A stretch of 64,000 nucleotides of DNA, from NCBI RefSeq assembly GCF_004010195.1, contig NC_057749.1, forward strand, positions 19,298,432 to 19,362,431. Direction: 5' to 3'. The stretch is from Chiloscyllium plagiosum (Eukaryota). The notes beneath the pieces were generated by a model. That model made no database searches. It had not been told where the DNA came from and saw only the letters and a list, made by a program, of their open reading frames with translations. How positions within the stretch are numbered: position 1 is the stretch's first letter; each line of letters begins with the position of its first letter. The translations under genes and the position numbers were made by a program. Positions 52,917 through 64,000 of the stretch are shown here, piece after piece.

Positions 52917-53250
52917 GGGCTGCACGGTGGCACAGTGGTTAGCACCGCTGCCTCACAGCATCAGAGATCTGTGTTCAATTCCCGCCTCAGGCAACTATCT
53001 GTGTGGAATTTGCACATTCTCCCCGTGTCTAAGTGGGTTTCCTCTGGGTGCTCCGGTTTCCTCCCACAGTCCAAAAAATGTGCAGGTTAGGTGAATTGGC
53101 CATGCTAAATTGCCCGTAGTGTTAGGTAAAGGGGTAAATGTAGGAGAATGGGTCTGGGTGGGTTGCGCTTCGGTGGGTCGGTGTGGACTTGTTGGGTCGA
53201 AGGGCCTGTTTCCACACTGTAAGTAAGTAATCTAATCTAAAATAATCTAA
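52917..53250 (+). mobile_element. V-SINE
   Basis: tRNA head, V core and (taatc)n tail. Confidence 0.88.
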
Positions 53251-54739
53251 CCATTGAGAACAGCCATGATTATAATTTATGCATCTGTTTTTCCTCTTCG
53301 GAGATTCCTGTCAGGGTACAGTTCAACAGGTCTTTGAAACCTTGCCAAGGTGGTCATCCTAGATACTGAGTGTTAACAAGCTTATTTGACCTTGAGGAGC
53401 ATCACAGCACAGCTTGAAGTACTCGCACACTTTGTTGGCAGGGAAGGTTCCAGAATAGCAATTGAGAGTGGCTGAGTGTTAATTTATATTTCCTTTCCCT
53501 AACCCAGTGGCGCCAAGACCATTTTTGTGCCACTCAGATGATTAGAAGTTCTTATTCTCCTGTTCCTTAACTGAAAAAAACCAAGTATTGTTTGCTTTGA
53601 TCCCCAACTCAGGCTTCTAAAGTCAAATAATTGTATCAATTATATATTGTGTGAGATTGTCAAAAAAAATTCTAATCTTATTCATCCTTTTTCTTCACAG
53701 ACATTCATGTGTTGATGCATCGTAGAGTAGTTTCAGTAGCTCAGTTTGAAGCTGGCACACTGGATTAATGTGAGGTCTGATCCAGAGACATCCAATTCTA
53801 GAAAGTTTCGTGCAGTATATTTGTCCAGGATCTGGCCATTCAGTGTCTATACTTGATTTATCCATTACTGTCACCAAAGTTTTAAGTAGCTTCGGTCCTA
53901 ACCAAGCCATTCTTTGCAGCTGTGCTGGCTGTCCTGTTTCATGCTTCTAATGACCCTGTTCTTCCCCCATTCATTCCAACTTAATCAGTTTATTATATCC
54001 TTTCTTGACTGACTGAATCCTTGCAGGTTAGGGACAAGTTGGGTTCTAATGGAGAGCTAGAATTCATTGCAGCTCTGATAAAAGGTCATTGACCTGAAAT
54101 GTCAACTCTGTTTTCCTGTCCAGAGTTGCTGCTGGAGCTGAATGTTTCAGCATGCGATTGATAAAGTTCAGTAAATTAGGAGCCAGTCCATTGGTTGAAA
54201 GTTCACTTCATTTGCTTACGATTGCATTATCATATTTACCTGTAATCTAATTGTTTTACATCTTGGGAGTTGCTGGTAATCCAATGGATGCTCCCTGTCA
54301 CAGCAAACTCCAGTTGAATTGCTCTCCTCTGACCTCCAAGTGATCAATTAGTCCTTTTTGTTTTAGCATCTGTCTGAATATTGATAAACTAATAGTATCA
54401 ATGCATGCTTATTTCACCCCTTTCAGTTACCGTTGCCATTCCTATAGCTATGTCTGTTCAGGATCCTCAATCACAGAAAGTGATTCTTAATTACAGATTC
54501 AGCCAAAGTTAACCATACACACAAACTGTAAACCAATTGTTGGCCTAGATAGGGACAGAGAAGTAAAGACAGAAGAATGAGTGAGAACATCAGTGAGAAT
54601 AGCTGGTAGACATTTTTATTTAACAACCTGTTACAATGGGTACAGTGCTCCAAAATGTGAACCCTAGGTCTGTGAAGGGAGGGAAATGATGTCTTCTGAT
54701 GAAGCTTTCACTAAGGTTTGCATTCTTTATCATTTGCAG

Positions 54740-54822
54740 CTCTGATAAAGGTTCCCAGTGTCGGGTTTGCCACAGTGACCAAGCCTCTGGTCCCACCTCA
54801 TCCAGTTATTGTCAATTCTCAG
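54740..54822 (+). CDS. MAN2C1: MAN2C1 exon (LIKVPSVGFATVTKPLVPPHPVIVNSQ)
   Basis: ttgcag|CTCTG...TCTCAG|gtaatt; 83 nt; VPSxG motif; phase fits both neighbouring exons. Confidence 0.9.
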
Positions 54823-54929
54823 GTAATTATAGCATAAAACACTGATTTTTGTGGTCTCTGTGTCCTCTGACTCTTTCGCCTTGATGCACTATATTGTTTT
54901 TGCTCGGTGTGCCTTCATCCATCAGTCAT

Positions 54930-55270
54930 GGTCCAGTACTCACACCAGGGAATCAGAAAACTGAGTTCTAGTCCCAACCTAAAGATACAAACTCAAATTT
55001 TATTTTGATAAGTGAAAACACTAAACCAAGGGTACTTGAAGAAGAGCACAGAAGGTATCCTAGTGTTCTGACAACATTTATCCTTCATTCAGCATCACTA
55101 AGCAATGCAGAGAATTGGCTCGTTAATATGTTGCCTATGTGGGAGCTTGCTGTGCATAAATTGGCTGTGTGTTTTGTTTGTTAAGACTGTGACTACCAAA
55201 GAGTTTCATTGACTGTATCAGAGTATTCTGAATCGTGAGAAATGCTTTATAAATTTATATCTGTCTTTCT
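54930..55270 (+). mobile_element. Old Deu-domain (SacSINE1-like) SINE
   Basis: gaagaagagc..atttatcc..gtgggagcttgctgtgcataaattggctg..gctttataaat resembles the DeuSINE 3' half as recalled. Confidence 0.55.
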
Positions 55271-55514
55271 TGATTTCTTGCTTATTCTGTCTTTCCCAGT
55301 TGTTTTCTCTCTCACTATCTCCGTCTTACTGTCTATGCACTTTCAAGGTTCCACATTACTTCCCTTTCCTTTGCAGTTTCACTCCTCCCCCTTAATTCCA
55401 TTTACACAACACACTGGTGCTTCTCACGCTAATGTGCTGTATTTTGCCGTTCCCCTTCCTTGCTATGCGTACATTTATGTTTGCGTTCTCATGCATCACT
55501 GACTCTTGTTGCAG

Positions 55515-55609
55515 GGAGATGGTTCTGTACTTATGGAGAATGGAATTCTCAAAGTCGCATTTGATTCATCAGGTCGTATAACATCGCTTTCTCATTTACT
55601 TTACAAAAG
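55515..55609 (+). CDS. MAN2C1: MAN2C1 exon (GDGSVLMENGILKVAFDSSGRITSLSHLLYK)
   Basis: ttgcag|GGAGAT...AAAAG|gtacag; 95 nt; DGSV..NGI..GRxTSL motif. Confidence 0.93.
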
Positions 55610-56851
55610 GTACAGAAGATCCACTTCATACATTGCCAAGCACACAAATTGAATGATTGAGTGGTTTATCTATTGTTACTTACATTTTACAGTGAATATT
55701 ACACTAAAGTACAGTGAAAATCTTCATTAGTCGCCACAGTCCGGCACTATTTTGAATCCTTTAAGAATAAAAAGGATAAAAGATATAACTGACAGAGTCC
55801 TGCGCTCTGAGCCAGCTCACCCAAACACACCTGCGCTGCCACGCATCCTCCTCTGCCTCGCTGCCATCTGCACCGAACTCAGTAACGTAGGAGTCACCAT
55901 TCTTTAGGCACCATCTCTTTGCCGTGGGGGCCTACCTCGCCAACACCGCCACCGATGCCAGGTCCCATGCTGAACCCACACTCGCTGCACAAATCAGAAG
56001 TCCTCCATTCTGCTGTTTTCTTGATGATGCTAGGAGTCCCAGCTCCAGTCATCCCACACTGCTGCCACTGCAGCCACTGCCTCACCCAAGTCAGGAGTCC
56101 CCACTCTGGGCCAACTCCAAGCAGGAGTCCCTGGCTCCACTGTCAAACCAGACCACCATCTCGTCAAGAGTCCTGCTCCAACCACCCTCATCTGAGATGT
56201 CTCCTTGCAGCACTGCCATCTTGAAAAGCCCACTGCCACCACCTCTGAATTAGAATTAGAATTCCTACATTGTGGAAACAGGCCCTTCAGCCCAACAAGT
56301 CCACACCGACCCTCAGAAGAGTATCCGAACCAGACCCATTACCCTACATTTCTCCTGACTAATGCACCTAACCTATACATCCCTGAACACTGTGGACAAT
56401 TTAGCATGGCCAACTCCCCTAAGCTGCACTTCTTTGGATCGTGGGAGGAAACCGGAGCACCCAGAGGAAACCCAAGCAGACACGGGGGCAATGTGCAAAC
56501 TCCACACGGATAGTCGCCCAAGGTTGGAATAGAACCTGGGTCCCTGGCATAGTGAGGCATCAGTGCTAACCACTGAGTCACCGTGCTGATCTAATCTGAT
56601 GACTGAGGAGCTTTGCCACTGCTGCCAGTCCGAAACTCCAGGAGGACGTCCTATCACCGCTACCATCACTGCCTCCAATTGCCATGAGGACCCTCTCTGT
56701 CACCACCTCCTGACACCCTTTCCGTACGTGACATGCTGTAGCTACCATCCCAGTTTAGCCATAAAAGGCTCCAAAGAAGTGAAAAATGAAAGAAAAATAA
56801 AAGTGGAAAAAAGAAAAAAAAAATCAAAAGCACAAGTGAATGGATGAGCCC

Positions 56852-57982
56852 CAGGCAACAGCAACTATCAGCCCTGCTACTCAGACAATAAACTCCATCA
56901 GCCCTGCTACTCAGACAATGACCCCCATCAGCCCTGCTACTCAGACAATAGCCCCCATCAGCCCTGCTACTCAGACAATAGACCCCATCAGCCCTGCCAC
57001 TCAGGCAATANNNNNNNNNNNNNNNNNNNNNNNNNNNNNNNNNNNNNNNNNNNNNNNNNNNNNNNNNNNNNNNNNNNNNNNNNNNNNNNNNNNNNNNNNN
57101 NNNNNNNNNNNNNNNNNNNNNNNNNNNNNNNNNNNNNNNNNNNNNNNNNNNNNNNNNNNNNNNNNNNNNNNNNNNNNNNNNNNNNNNNNNNNNNNNNNNN
57201 NNNNNNNNNNNNNNNNNNNNNNNNNNNNNNNNNNNNNNNNNNNNNNNNNNNNNNNNNNNNNNNNNNNNNNNNNNNNNNNNNNNNNNNNNNNNNNNNNNNN
57301 NNNNNNNNNNNNNNNNNNNNNNNNNNNNNNNNNNNNNNNNNNNNNNNNNNNNNNNNNNNNNNNNNNNNNNNNNNNNNNNNNNNNNNNNNNNNNNNNNNNN
57401 NNNNNNNNNNNNNNNNNNNNNNNNNNNNNNNNNNNNNNNCCCTGGTAGTAGGCCCCACCAGCCCTGCTACTCAGGCAATAACCCCCATCCGCCCTGCTAC
57501 TCAAGCACTAACCCCCTTCAGCCCTGCTACTCAAGCACTAACCCCCTTCAGCCCTGCTACTCAAGCACTAACCCCCTTCAGCCCTGCTACTCAAGCACTA
57601 ACCCCCTTCAGCCCTGCTACTCAAGCACTAACCCCCTTCAGCCCTGCTACTCAAGCACTAACCCCCTTCAGCCCTGCTACTCAAGCACTAACCCCCTTCA
57701 GCCCTGCTACTCAAGCACTAACCCCCTTCAGCCCTGCTACTCAAGCACTAACCCCCTTCAGCCCTGCTACTCAAGCACTAACCCCCTTCAGCCCTGCTAC
57801 TCAAGCACTAACCCCCTTCAGCCCTGCTACTCAAGCACTAACCCCCTTCAGCCCTGCTACTCAAGCACTAACCCCCTTCAGCCCTGCTACTCAAGCACTA
57901 ACCCCCTTCAGCCCTGCTACTCAAGCACTAACCCCCTTCAGCCCTGCTACTCAAGCACTAACCCCCTTCAGCCCTGCTACTC
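56852..57982. repeat. 30-bp minisatellite (tcaagcactaaccccttcagccctgctac-type unit), interrupted by a gap
   Basis: 16 identical units at 57501-57980; variant units (tcagacaata..) left of the gap. Confidence 0.97.
57011..57439. other. Assembly gap (N run)
   Basis: Ns in the sequence. Confidence 1.
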
Positions 57983-58004
57983 TGCACCATCATTATTCTC
58001 TTTA

Positions 58005-58672
58005 CATAGAACATTACAGCACAGTACAGGCCCTTTGACCCTCGATGTTGTGAAACCAATCCGAAGCCCATCGAATCTACACTATTCCATTCTCATCCAT
58101 ATGCCTATTCAATGACCATTTCAATGCAAGTAAAGGTGGCTGTTGCAGGCAGTGCTTTCCATGCCCCTACTACTCTGAGTAAAGAAACTACCTCTGACAT
58201 CTGTCCAATATCTATCACCCCTCAGTTTGAAGCTATGCCCCCTTGTGCTAGCCATCACCATCCGAGGGAAAAGGCTCTCGCTGTCCACCCTATCTAATCC
58301 TCTGATTATCTTGCATGTCTCAATTGAGTCACCTCTCCATCTTAGATTAGATTACTTACAGTGCGGAAATAGGCCCTTCGGCCCACATCGACCCACCCAG
58401 ACCCATTCCCCTACATTTACCCCCTCACCTAACACTAGGGGCAATTTTGCATGGCCAATTCACCTAACCTGCACATTTTTGGACTGTGGGAGGAAACCGG
58501 AGCACCCGGAGGAAACCCACACAGACACTAGGAAAATGTGCAAACTCCACACAGACAGTTGCCTGATGCGGGAATTGAACCCAGGTCTCTGGCACTTCTC
58601 TAATGAAAACAGCTTCAAGTTCCTCAACCTTTCCTCGTAAGACCTTCCTTCCATACCAGGCAACATCCTAGA
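58005..58672 (-). mobile_element. CR1 3' end with a nested V-SINE (58342-58593)
   Basis: MLPGMEGRSYEERLRNLKLFSLE; V core. Confidence 0.85.
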
Positions 58673-58959
58673 AATCTCAGAAATCTTGTGTCCAAATGAT
58701 GTAATTTTAAAAAATCTGTTTGATTTGTCCTGTACAGCTGCAGGAGCCTATCTGAGGTTCTGAACACCAAAATATACTTGTGAGGAAGCTGAAAGTACAC
58801 AGCATGTCTGTCGCCATCTAAAAGGATGGGTTCATATTTTTGAACTGCTGTTCTGACCAAACCCAAACTGTTTTCCTCTTTGTTTTCTCGCACATGTTGG
58901 TGAGCTTGCTGTGTCAATCAAGCGTTTTCCTTTCTCCCTCATAACGAGTCTGTTTTTGG

Positions 58960-59350
58960 CATCTGGCATCGGCTGAGCCAGCATTTATTGCCCATCCCTC
59001 ATTGCCTTTGAGAAGGTGGTGGTGAGCTACTTTCTTGAACCGCTGCAGTCCACATGCTGTAGGTTGACTGACGACACTCTTAGGGAGGGAATTCCAGGAT
59101 TCTGACACAGTGACAGTGAAGGAATGGCAATATATTTCCAAGTCAGGATGGTGAGTGAATTGGAGGGGAACTTGCAGGTGGTGTTGTATTTGCTGCCCTT
59201 GTCCTTCCAGTTGGGATTTGGATTGGGTTTGAGAAGTGCTGTGTAGGGACCTTTTGGTGAATTTCTGCAGTGCTTCTTGTGGACGGTACACATTGCTGCT
59301 ATTGAGCATCAGTGGTGAAGGGAGTAGATGTTTGTGGATATGCTGAGGTT
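58960..59350 (-). mobile_element. L2-like LINE 3' end
   Basis: ESWNSLPKSVV..GLQRFKKVAHHHLLKG and the tail gggcaataaatgctggc. Confidence 0.7.
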
Positions 59351-59885
59351 GTCCATTTTGGAAGGACAAATAAGAATGCAGAATACAGGGTTAACGGTAG
59401 GGTTCTTAGTAAGGTGGAGGAGCAAGGTTTATAAGATGATCAGGGGAATAGATAGAGTGGACAGTCAGAGACTTTTTTCCCCGGGTACAACAGTGTGTTA
59501 CAAGGGGACATAAATTTAAGGTGAAGGGTGGAAGGTATGGGGGGATGTCAGGGGTAGGTTCTTTACCCAGAGAGTGGTGGGGGCATGGAATGCGCTGCCT
59601 TGGGAGTGGCAGAGTCAGAATCATTGGTGACCTGTAAGCGGCAATTGGATAGGTTTACGGTGAAGGGTGGAAGGTATAAGGGGAGATGTCGGGGTGGGTT
59701 CTTTACCCAGAGAGTGGTGGGCCATGGAATGCACTGCCTGTGGGAGTGGTAGAGTCAGAATATTTGGTGACCTTTAAGCGGTAATTGGATAGGTACATGG
59801 ATGGGTGCTTAAGCTAGGACAAATGTTTTGCACAACATCGTGGGCCGAAGGGCCTGTTCTGTGCTGTATCGTTCTATGTTCTATG
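59350..59885 (+). mobile_element. CR1 3' end with an internal ~139-bp tandem duplication
   Basis: VYKMIRGIDRVD; ggtgaagggtggaaggtat repeated at ~59520 and ~59659. Confidence 0.85.
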
Positions 59886-60989
59886 GTGCCAATTAAGGTA
59901 ATAACAGAGTTGAAGTTACTGGTGGTCACTGAGCTGCTGGTTGAAGATGTACACGAAGCAAAAATGCAAAGGAATTTCAAAATGGACCTCCTATCCTGCA
60001 TTTACTCTGGTACTTTCACTCCAACAAAGTGGCACTTTCACACATCAGCTTAGGGTGTTTGGACATGAGTCAGGGGAGATAATGTATATCCAGCCAGTAT
60101 GCAGTGGGACAGTCTTGGTTGGGGATTAGAGGGCGATGGTGTTGTCTGTCAGAGATTGAGGTGGAACCTGATACCCCAGGGTGGTGATGGGGTGGTGTGA
60201 ATGATTGAAGGGTAGTTACCCAGGCGTTACAGCAGGTTTTAATCTCTCTGACATTTCCTGCCTAACTATTCAGGTAAGATTTTCAAAACCCTTTGAAGTC
60301 TCTGTCTCTAACTCAGTGTTGGGGATTTCTTTGGAGGGCTCCTACAGAGGATAATTGACCATCGTAAGTTCAAACATTATGGGCAGTTACCATGTGGTCA
60401 ATATGTTGGGACCTCTGAGGGATCCTGCAATGCATCTTTCTGTACCTGTGGACGCTGGTGGATCTGGGCTTTGCTGAATTAATGGGCAAATTATAGAGAA
60501 CAATTTGAACTGACAAAAAAACAGCCCTTTCTCAGTAGCTTTGAATTTTGCTTTGGTTTATATTTCCTTGCAGTTGCACACAGATATGATACTGTGATTG
60601 CTACAGAGCACAGTGTTTGTGAACACTTGCTGTCAGTGTGCAGAAAGCATTTAAAAATCACTCTGGAATCTAAAACTTAAATCAGAAGCATCCTGCTGAG
60701 CGTCAGGGAAGTAAAGTTCTGATGGTGATAATTATTATGTGTCAATCTGAAATTCACAATGTGCACTTTTAAAATGATCTACCTGGAGGAGAAAGTTTGT
60801 TTGCTATCTTTGATTTGAAAGCAGAAGTTTCATTCAAACTGTGTTTATTTGTAAAGGGTAGTTAATAAATAATAAGTTGCAATAATGCAAAACTGTTTGC
60901 TAAGTTAGCAATAGGTAGTAATCTTAAATACAGGCTAAATAAAAGCTTGTGACTTGTGTTGAAGATGTTAAATCAACTGTTGAGTGTTA

Positions 60990-61320
60990 GTGAGGATTAA
61001 TAGACAAAGTCTTTTCCCTGAAGTGGGGGAGTCCAGAACTAGAGGTTTAGGGTGAGAGGGGAAAGATATAAAAGAGACCAAGAGGCAACTTTTTCATGCA
61101 GAGGGTGATACATGTATGGAATGAGTTGCCAGAGGAAGTGATATAGGCTGGTACAATTGCAGCATTTAAAAGGCATCTGGATGGGTGTATGAATAGGAAG
61201 GGTTTGGAGGGATATGGGCCGGGTGCTGGCAGATGGGACTAGATTGGGTTTGGATATCTGATTGGCATGAATGGGTTGGACTGAAGGGTCTGTTTCCATG
61301 CTGTACATCTCTCTGACTCT
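60990..61320 (+). mobile_element. CR1 3' end
   Basis: WNELP..FKRHLDG and a tail matching 2575-2757. Confidence 0.85.
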
Positions 61321-62084
61321 AATATTGATCTGTATTCAGCTGTAGCACTGCTAAGAAAGAAAAAAGATTGATAATTCTACCAGAGACCGACTATCTTCCA
61401 ATGCTATATTCTTTCCTGTCAGTCGCCCCTAATACATCCACTTTTATGACTCTCTCCCTTACTTTTAATACATGGATACATGCAGTTATGATAGGTTATG
61501 ACCACTTTGCAGCACTTGAATGTTTCTTTCTCAGACCCAACCAGAAATGTTCATTTACCCTGATTTTATTAGTTAAAGCTTATATTTTAGTTCTTGGCAA
61601 TTAGATCAGTAATTTAACTGTGTACTGCATGATCACTTTGATAGTTTACAGGGCAAACGCTTCAGGAACCTTGAAGGTAACTCAGGCTATTTTTGAAGGA
61701 ACTACATACAGCATGGCTGTAATGGTGAGGCTAAAGGAAATTGCATGCACAGAAAGGTAGTTTCAGAATAGCACAGCTTGTTGTAAGGTTTTGGGAAGTT
61801 ACCGTTTATAAAGGGATAAGGCCGTGGATAGGGCAGTAGTATGCGAGGACACTAGATTTGAGAGTCGGATTTATGAATTACCATTCTCTCCTTAATTGCC
61901 AATAATCATAGGATTTAATGTCTTTGTTATTTGTGTGAACAGCTAAAGTGTTAAAGAAAACAACAGTATGTATTTCTAACCATCTTCCTGTTGTAAAGTA
62001 GTTCCAGAACTGGGAGGACCTTTTGCTCATCACTGGAGTCTCAAGTTAATAAGAACATTATTGTTGTCTGTGTTGTACTTCCAG

Positions 62085-62189
62085 GGAGACTATTCCTGAC
62101 GGCTGCTGTGGGAACCAGTTTGTGTTGTTTGATGATGTTCCTTTATACTGGGATGCATGGGATGTCATGGATTATCATTTAGAGACAAG
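62085..62189 (+). CDS. MAN2C1: MAN2C1 exon ([34 protein letters not shown])
   Basis: ttccag|GGAG...ACAAG|gtaatg; 105 nt; highly conserved [18 protein letters not shown]. Confidence 0.97.
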
Positions 62190-62467
62190 GTAATGTCAGA
62201 ATAATCCTTATAATGAATATTTAGGTTTTACATTTCTATGCTCTTGTAATGAGAGAGAAATCATTGTTATTAACCAAAACCTCCCAGGTTTCTGTGTGTA
62301 CAGTTAGCTGCTGGGAGCAACAGCTGGAATGACAGGCAGGGCTTTATGTACGAACCAGTGAATGGTGAAGCTTAAACTGATTCTTTAAAACTCCTATTAG
62401 AATCTTTCTTTTTTTTATCTTTTCTCCATAAATCATTGAATACATAGGTGTCGAACCTGTGCTGCAA

Positions 62468-62640
62468 TTAGAACATAGAACATTACAGAGCAGTACAGGC
62501 CCTTCGGCCCCTGATGTTGCACCGACCTTTGGAACCAATCTGAAGCCCATCTAACCTACACTATTCCTTTATAATCCATTTGTTTATCTAATGACCATTT
62601 AAATGCCCTTAAAGTTGGCGAGTCTACTGCTGTTGTAGTG
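62468..62640 (-). mobile_element. CR1 extreme 3' tail
   Basis: tagaacatagaacattacagagcagtacaggcccttcggccc tail. Confidence 0.75.
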
Positions 62641-63144
62641 GTTAATCGTTCACTGTACAGTCCATCTGAACAAATACCTCTTTGTATCTATCACATTAAA
62701 AACCTTCCTTTTTTTGGTGCTGTAGCTGCCAAGATCTTCTGCAGTTTCCATCTTTTAAGGTTTGCTGATACCACTGCAGAATTCTTGGCTTTGCAGTAAA
62801 GTTGAGCTCATATCGATGTTTGTTTGATGAAAAGGCAGGCCGGTGATTTGAGTCCCACTCCAGGACTTGTTGGCCCTGAAAGAAACAAGCCAGTGGTGCA
62901 GGCAATCCAGAGTGTAATGGTGTCAGTCCCCAGCCCAGATAAATGAGGAGAGTGTGTGACAGCAAGGGCATCTGGATGTAAAACTACTTAGCATATCCAA
63001 AAGAAAATTGTGGTTTATCAGAAGGAGTGATCCATGAGTATTGTAATGAACCCATGTAACAGGATAGAAGCCAGACAGTGAGAGAAAGATATTTGTTGTA
63101 TAATGGGAGACTAAATTAATCTCATCTGGAAATCTGCTCATCAG

Positions 63145-63301
63145 GAAACCTGTGTCACAAGTTGTGAAATCCCTGGAGGTAGTCTGCCCTGGCGGAGTCA
63201 GGGGAAGTGTAAGATACTCTATCCGTATCAGTGACAGCAGCAAGATCCGCCAAGAGATCATACTGGATGCTTGCTGTCCCTATGTTAAGTTCAAAACAGA
63301 G
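63145..63301 (+). CDS. MAN2C1: MAN2C1 exon (KPVSQVVKSLEVVCPGGVRGSVRYSIRISDSSKIRQEIILDACCPYVKFKTE)
   Basis: catcag|GAAACC...ACAGAG|gtgagt; 157 nt; KPV..GGxRGS..CPYV motif; in phase. Confidence 0.93.
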
Positions 63302-63388
63302 GTGAGTAGATTTTAGAAATGTCAATATTTTCAGCTTCAAATCACACACTTAATGACCATCTGGCTTTGCTGTGTTTCTCCTCTTCAG

Positions 63389-63532
63389 GTGGAATGGCAT
63401 GAAGCACACAAGTTTCTGAAAGTGGAGTTTCCCACAACAGTGCACAGTCTTAATGCCACGTATGAAATCCAGTTTGGACACCTGCAGCGACCGACACACA
63501 GGAACACTTCATGGGATTGGGCGCGCTTTGAG
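63389..63532 (+). CDS. MAN2C1: MAN2C1 exon ([48 protein letters not shown])
   Basis: cttcag|GTGGAA...TTTGAG|gtatgg; 144 nt; very close to the vertebrate MAN2C1 segment. Confidence 0.97.
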
Positions 63533-64000
63533 GTATGGATGACTTGGAATTGCACAACAGAACAGTCCGGCCAGTGTGAATATTGCATTGTTCAGCGCTT
63601 TTGGGGTTGAGTAAGTGCTTTGTAAGGAATAAGTGGCTTATTACATAAATTTAGTCTGGTACTGATCTGTTTTGCAGTGATGTCAGAAAGCACTTCTGCA
63701 CACACAGCATGGATGAAATCTGAACTTCCTTTTACCCAGAAAGTTGTTGATTCTGAGGTTCAACTGAAAGTTTAACAATTGAAACTGACAGTCCTTTTGT
63801 TAGTTAAGGGGATGAAGAGGCACAGGAGCAAAGAATGTGGACAGCAGTGTCTAATTGAATGGAATAGACTTAAGAGGCTGAATGATCTACCTTTTTCCCT
63901 ATGTTTAGACCAGGATGGTCAGATCCTGGTCAGGGATCTGTTCTGGATTTATTGTTCTTAGTCTTTCAATTTGTCTTCAAAATTGAGGCAGCTCCTTTGA

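Larger units (their letters stand above)
55660..57992 (-). mobile_element. Non-coding retroposon with a Rex1/L2-like tail, a nested V-SINE (56247-56586) and a minisatellite at its putative 5' end
   Basis: Minus-strand tail tttcactgtact..gtaacaatagataaac, T-rich tract near 56780-56830, gatggtgcagagtag start. Confidence 0.45.

Noticed and set aside
54064..54090. cattgcagctctgataaaaggt, resembling the exon acceptor at 54731-54752
   Set aside because: It continues into an old palindromic-repeat remnant with no MAN2C1 coding match; probably coincidental.
56840..57448. Mucin-like ORF (ISPATQT repeats)
   Set aside because: Translation of a 30-bp minisatellite running into Ns; units right of the gap contain stops in some frames and there is no splice context.
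56852..57982. CRISPR-like array
   Set aside because: Head-to-tail units with no unique spacers, no cas genes, and a vertebrate intronic setting.
63533..63610. ORF read-through VWMTW after WARFE
   Set aside because: gtatgg is the splice donor; VW matching the expected next residues looks coincidental and similarity stops afterwards.
63672..63760. Possible intronic C/D snoRNA
   Set aside because: The C box is imperfect (gtgatgt), with no convincing terminal stem or recognisable guide.

Overview
Eukaryotic, intron-dominated DNA, almost certainly from a cartilaginous fish (shark-type V-SINE, CR1 and Penelope repeat landscape; inference). The only host gene I can support is MAN2C1 (cytosolic GH38 alpha-mannosidase), on the + strand. 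Thirteen internal exons (13664-63532) with AG/GT boundaries splice in frame into 1530 nt (510 codons); the gene's 5' and 3' ends lie outside the window. The introns are filled with decayed CR1, L2, RTE and Rex1-like LINEs, Penelope-like elements (PLEs), tRNA-derived SINEs, probable solo LTRs, a Tigger-like DNA element, a 30-bp minisatellite and three assembly gaps. Three non-obvious signals stand out. (1) At least three PLE families carry minimal hammerhead-ribozyme motifs, often as TSD-flanked fold-back palindromes whose axis sits just 5' of the ribozyme core. (2) One such palindrome encloses about 730 bp of unrelated DNA inside its TSDs. (3) Poly(A)-tailed retroposon ends are stacked at the same short target in two copies of an LTR, which suggests a sequence-specific element that targets an LTR promoter. 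Repeat boundaries are by-eye estimates and family names come from motif recognition, not database searches.
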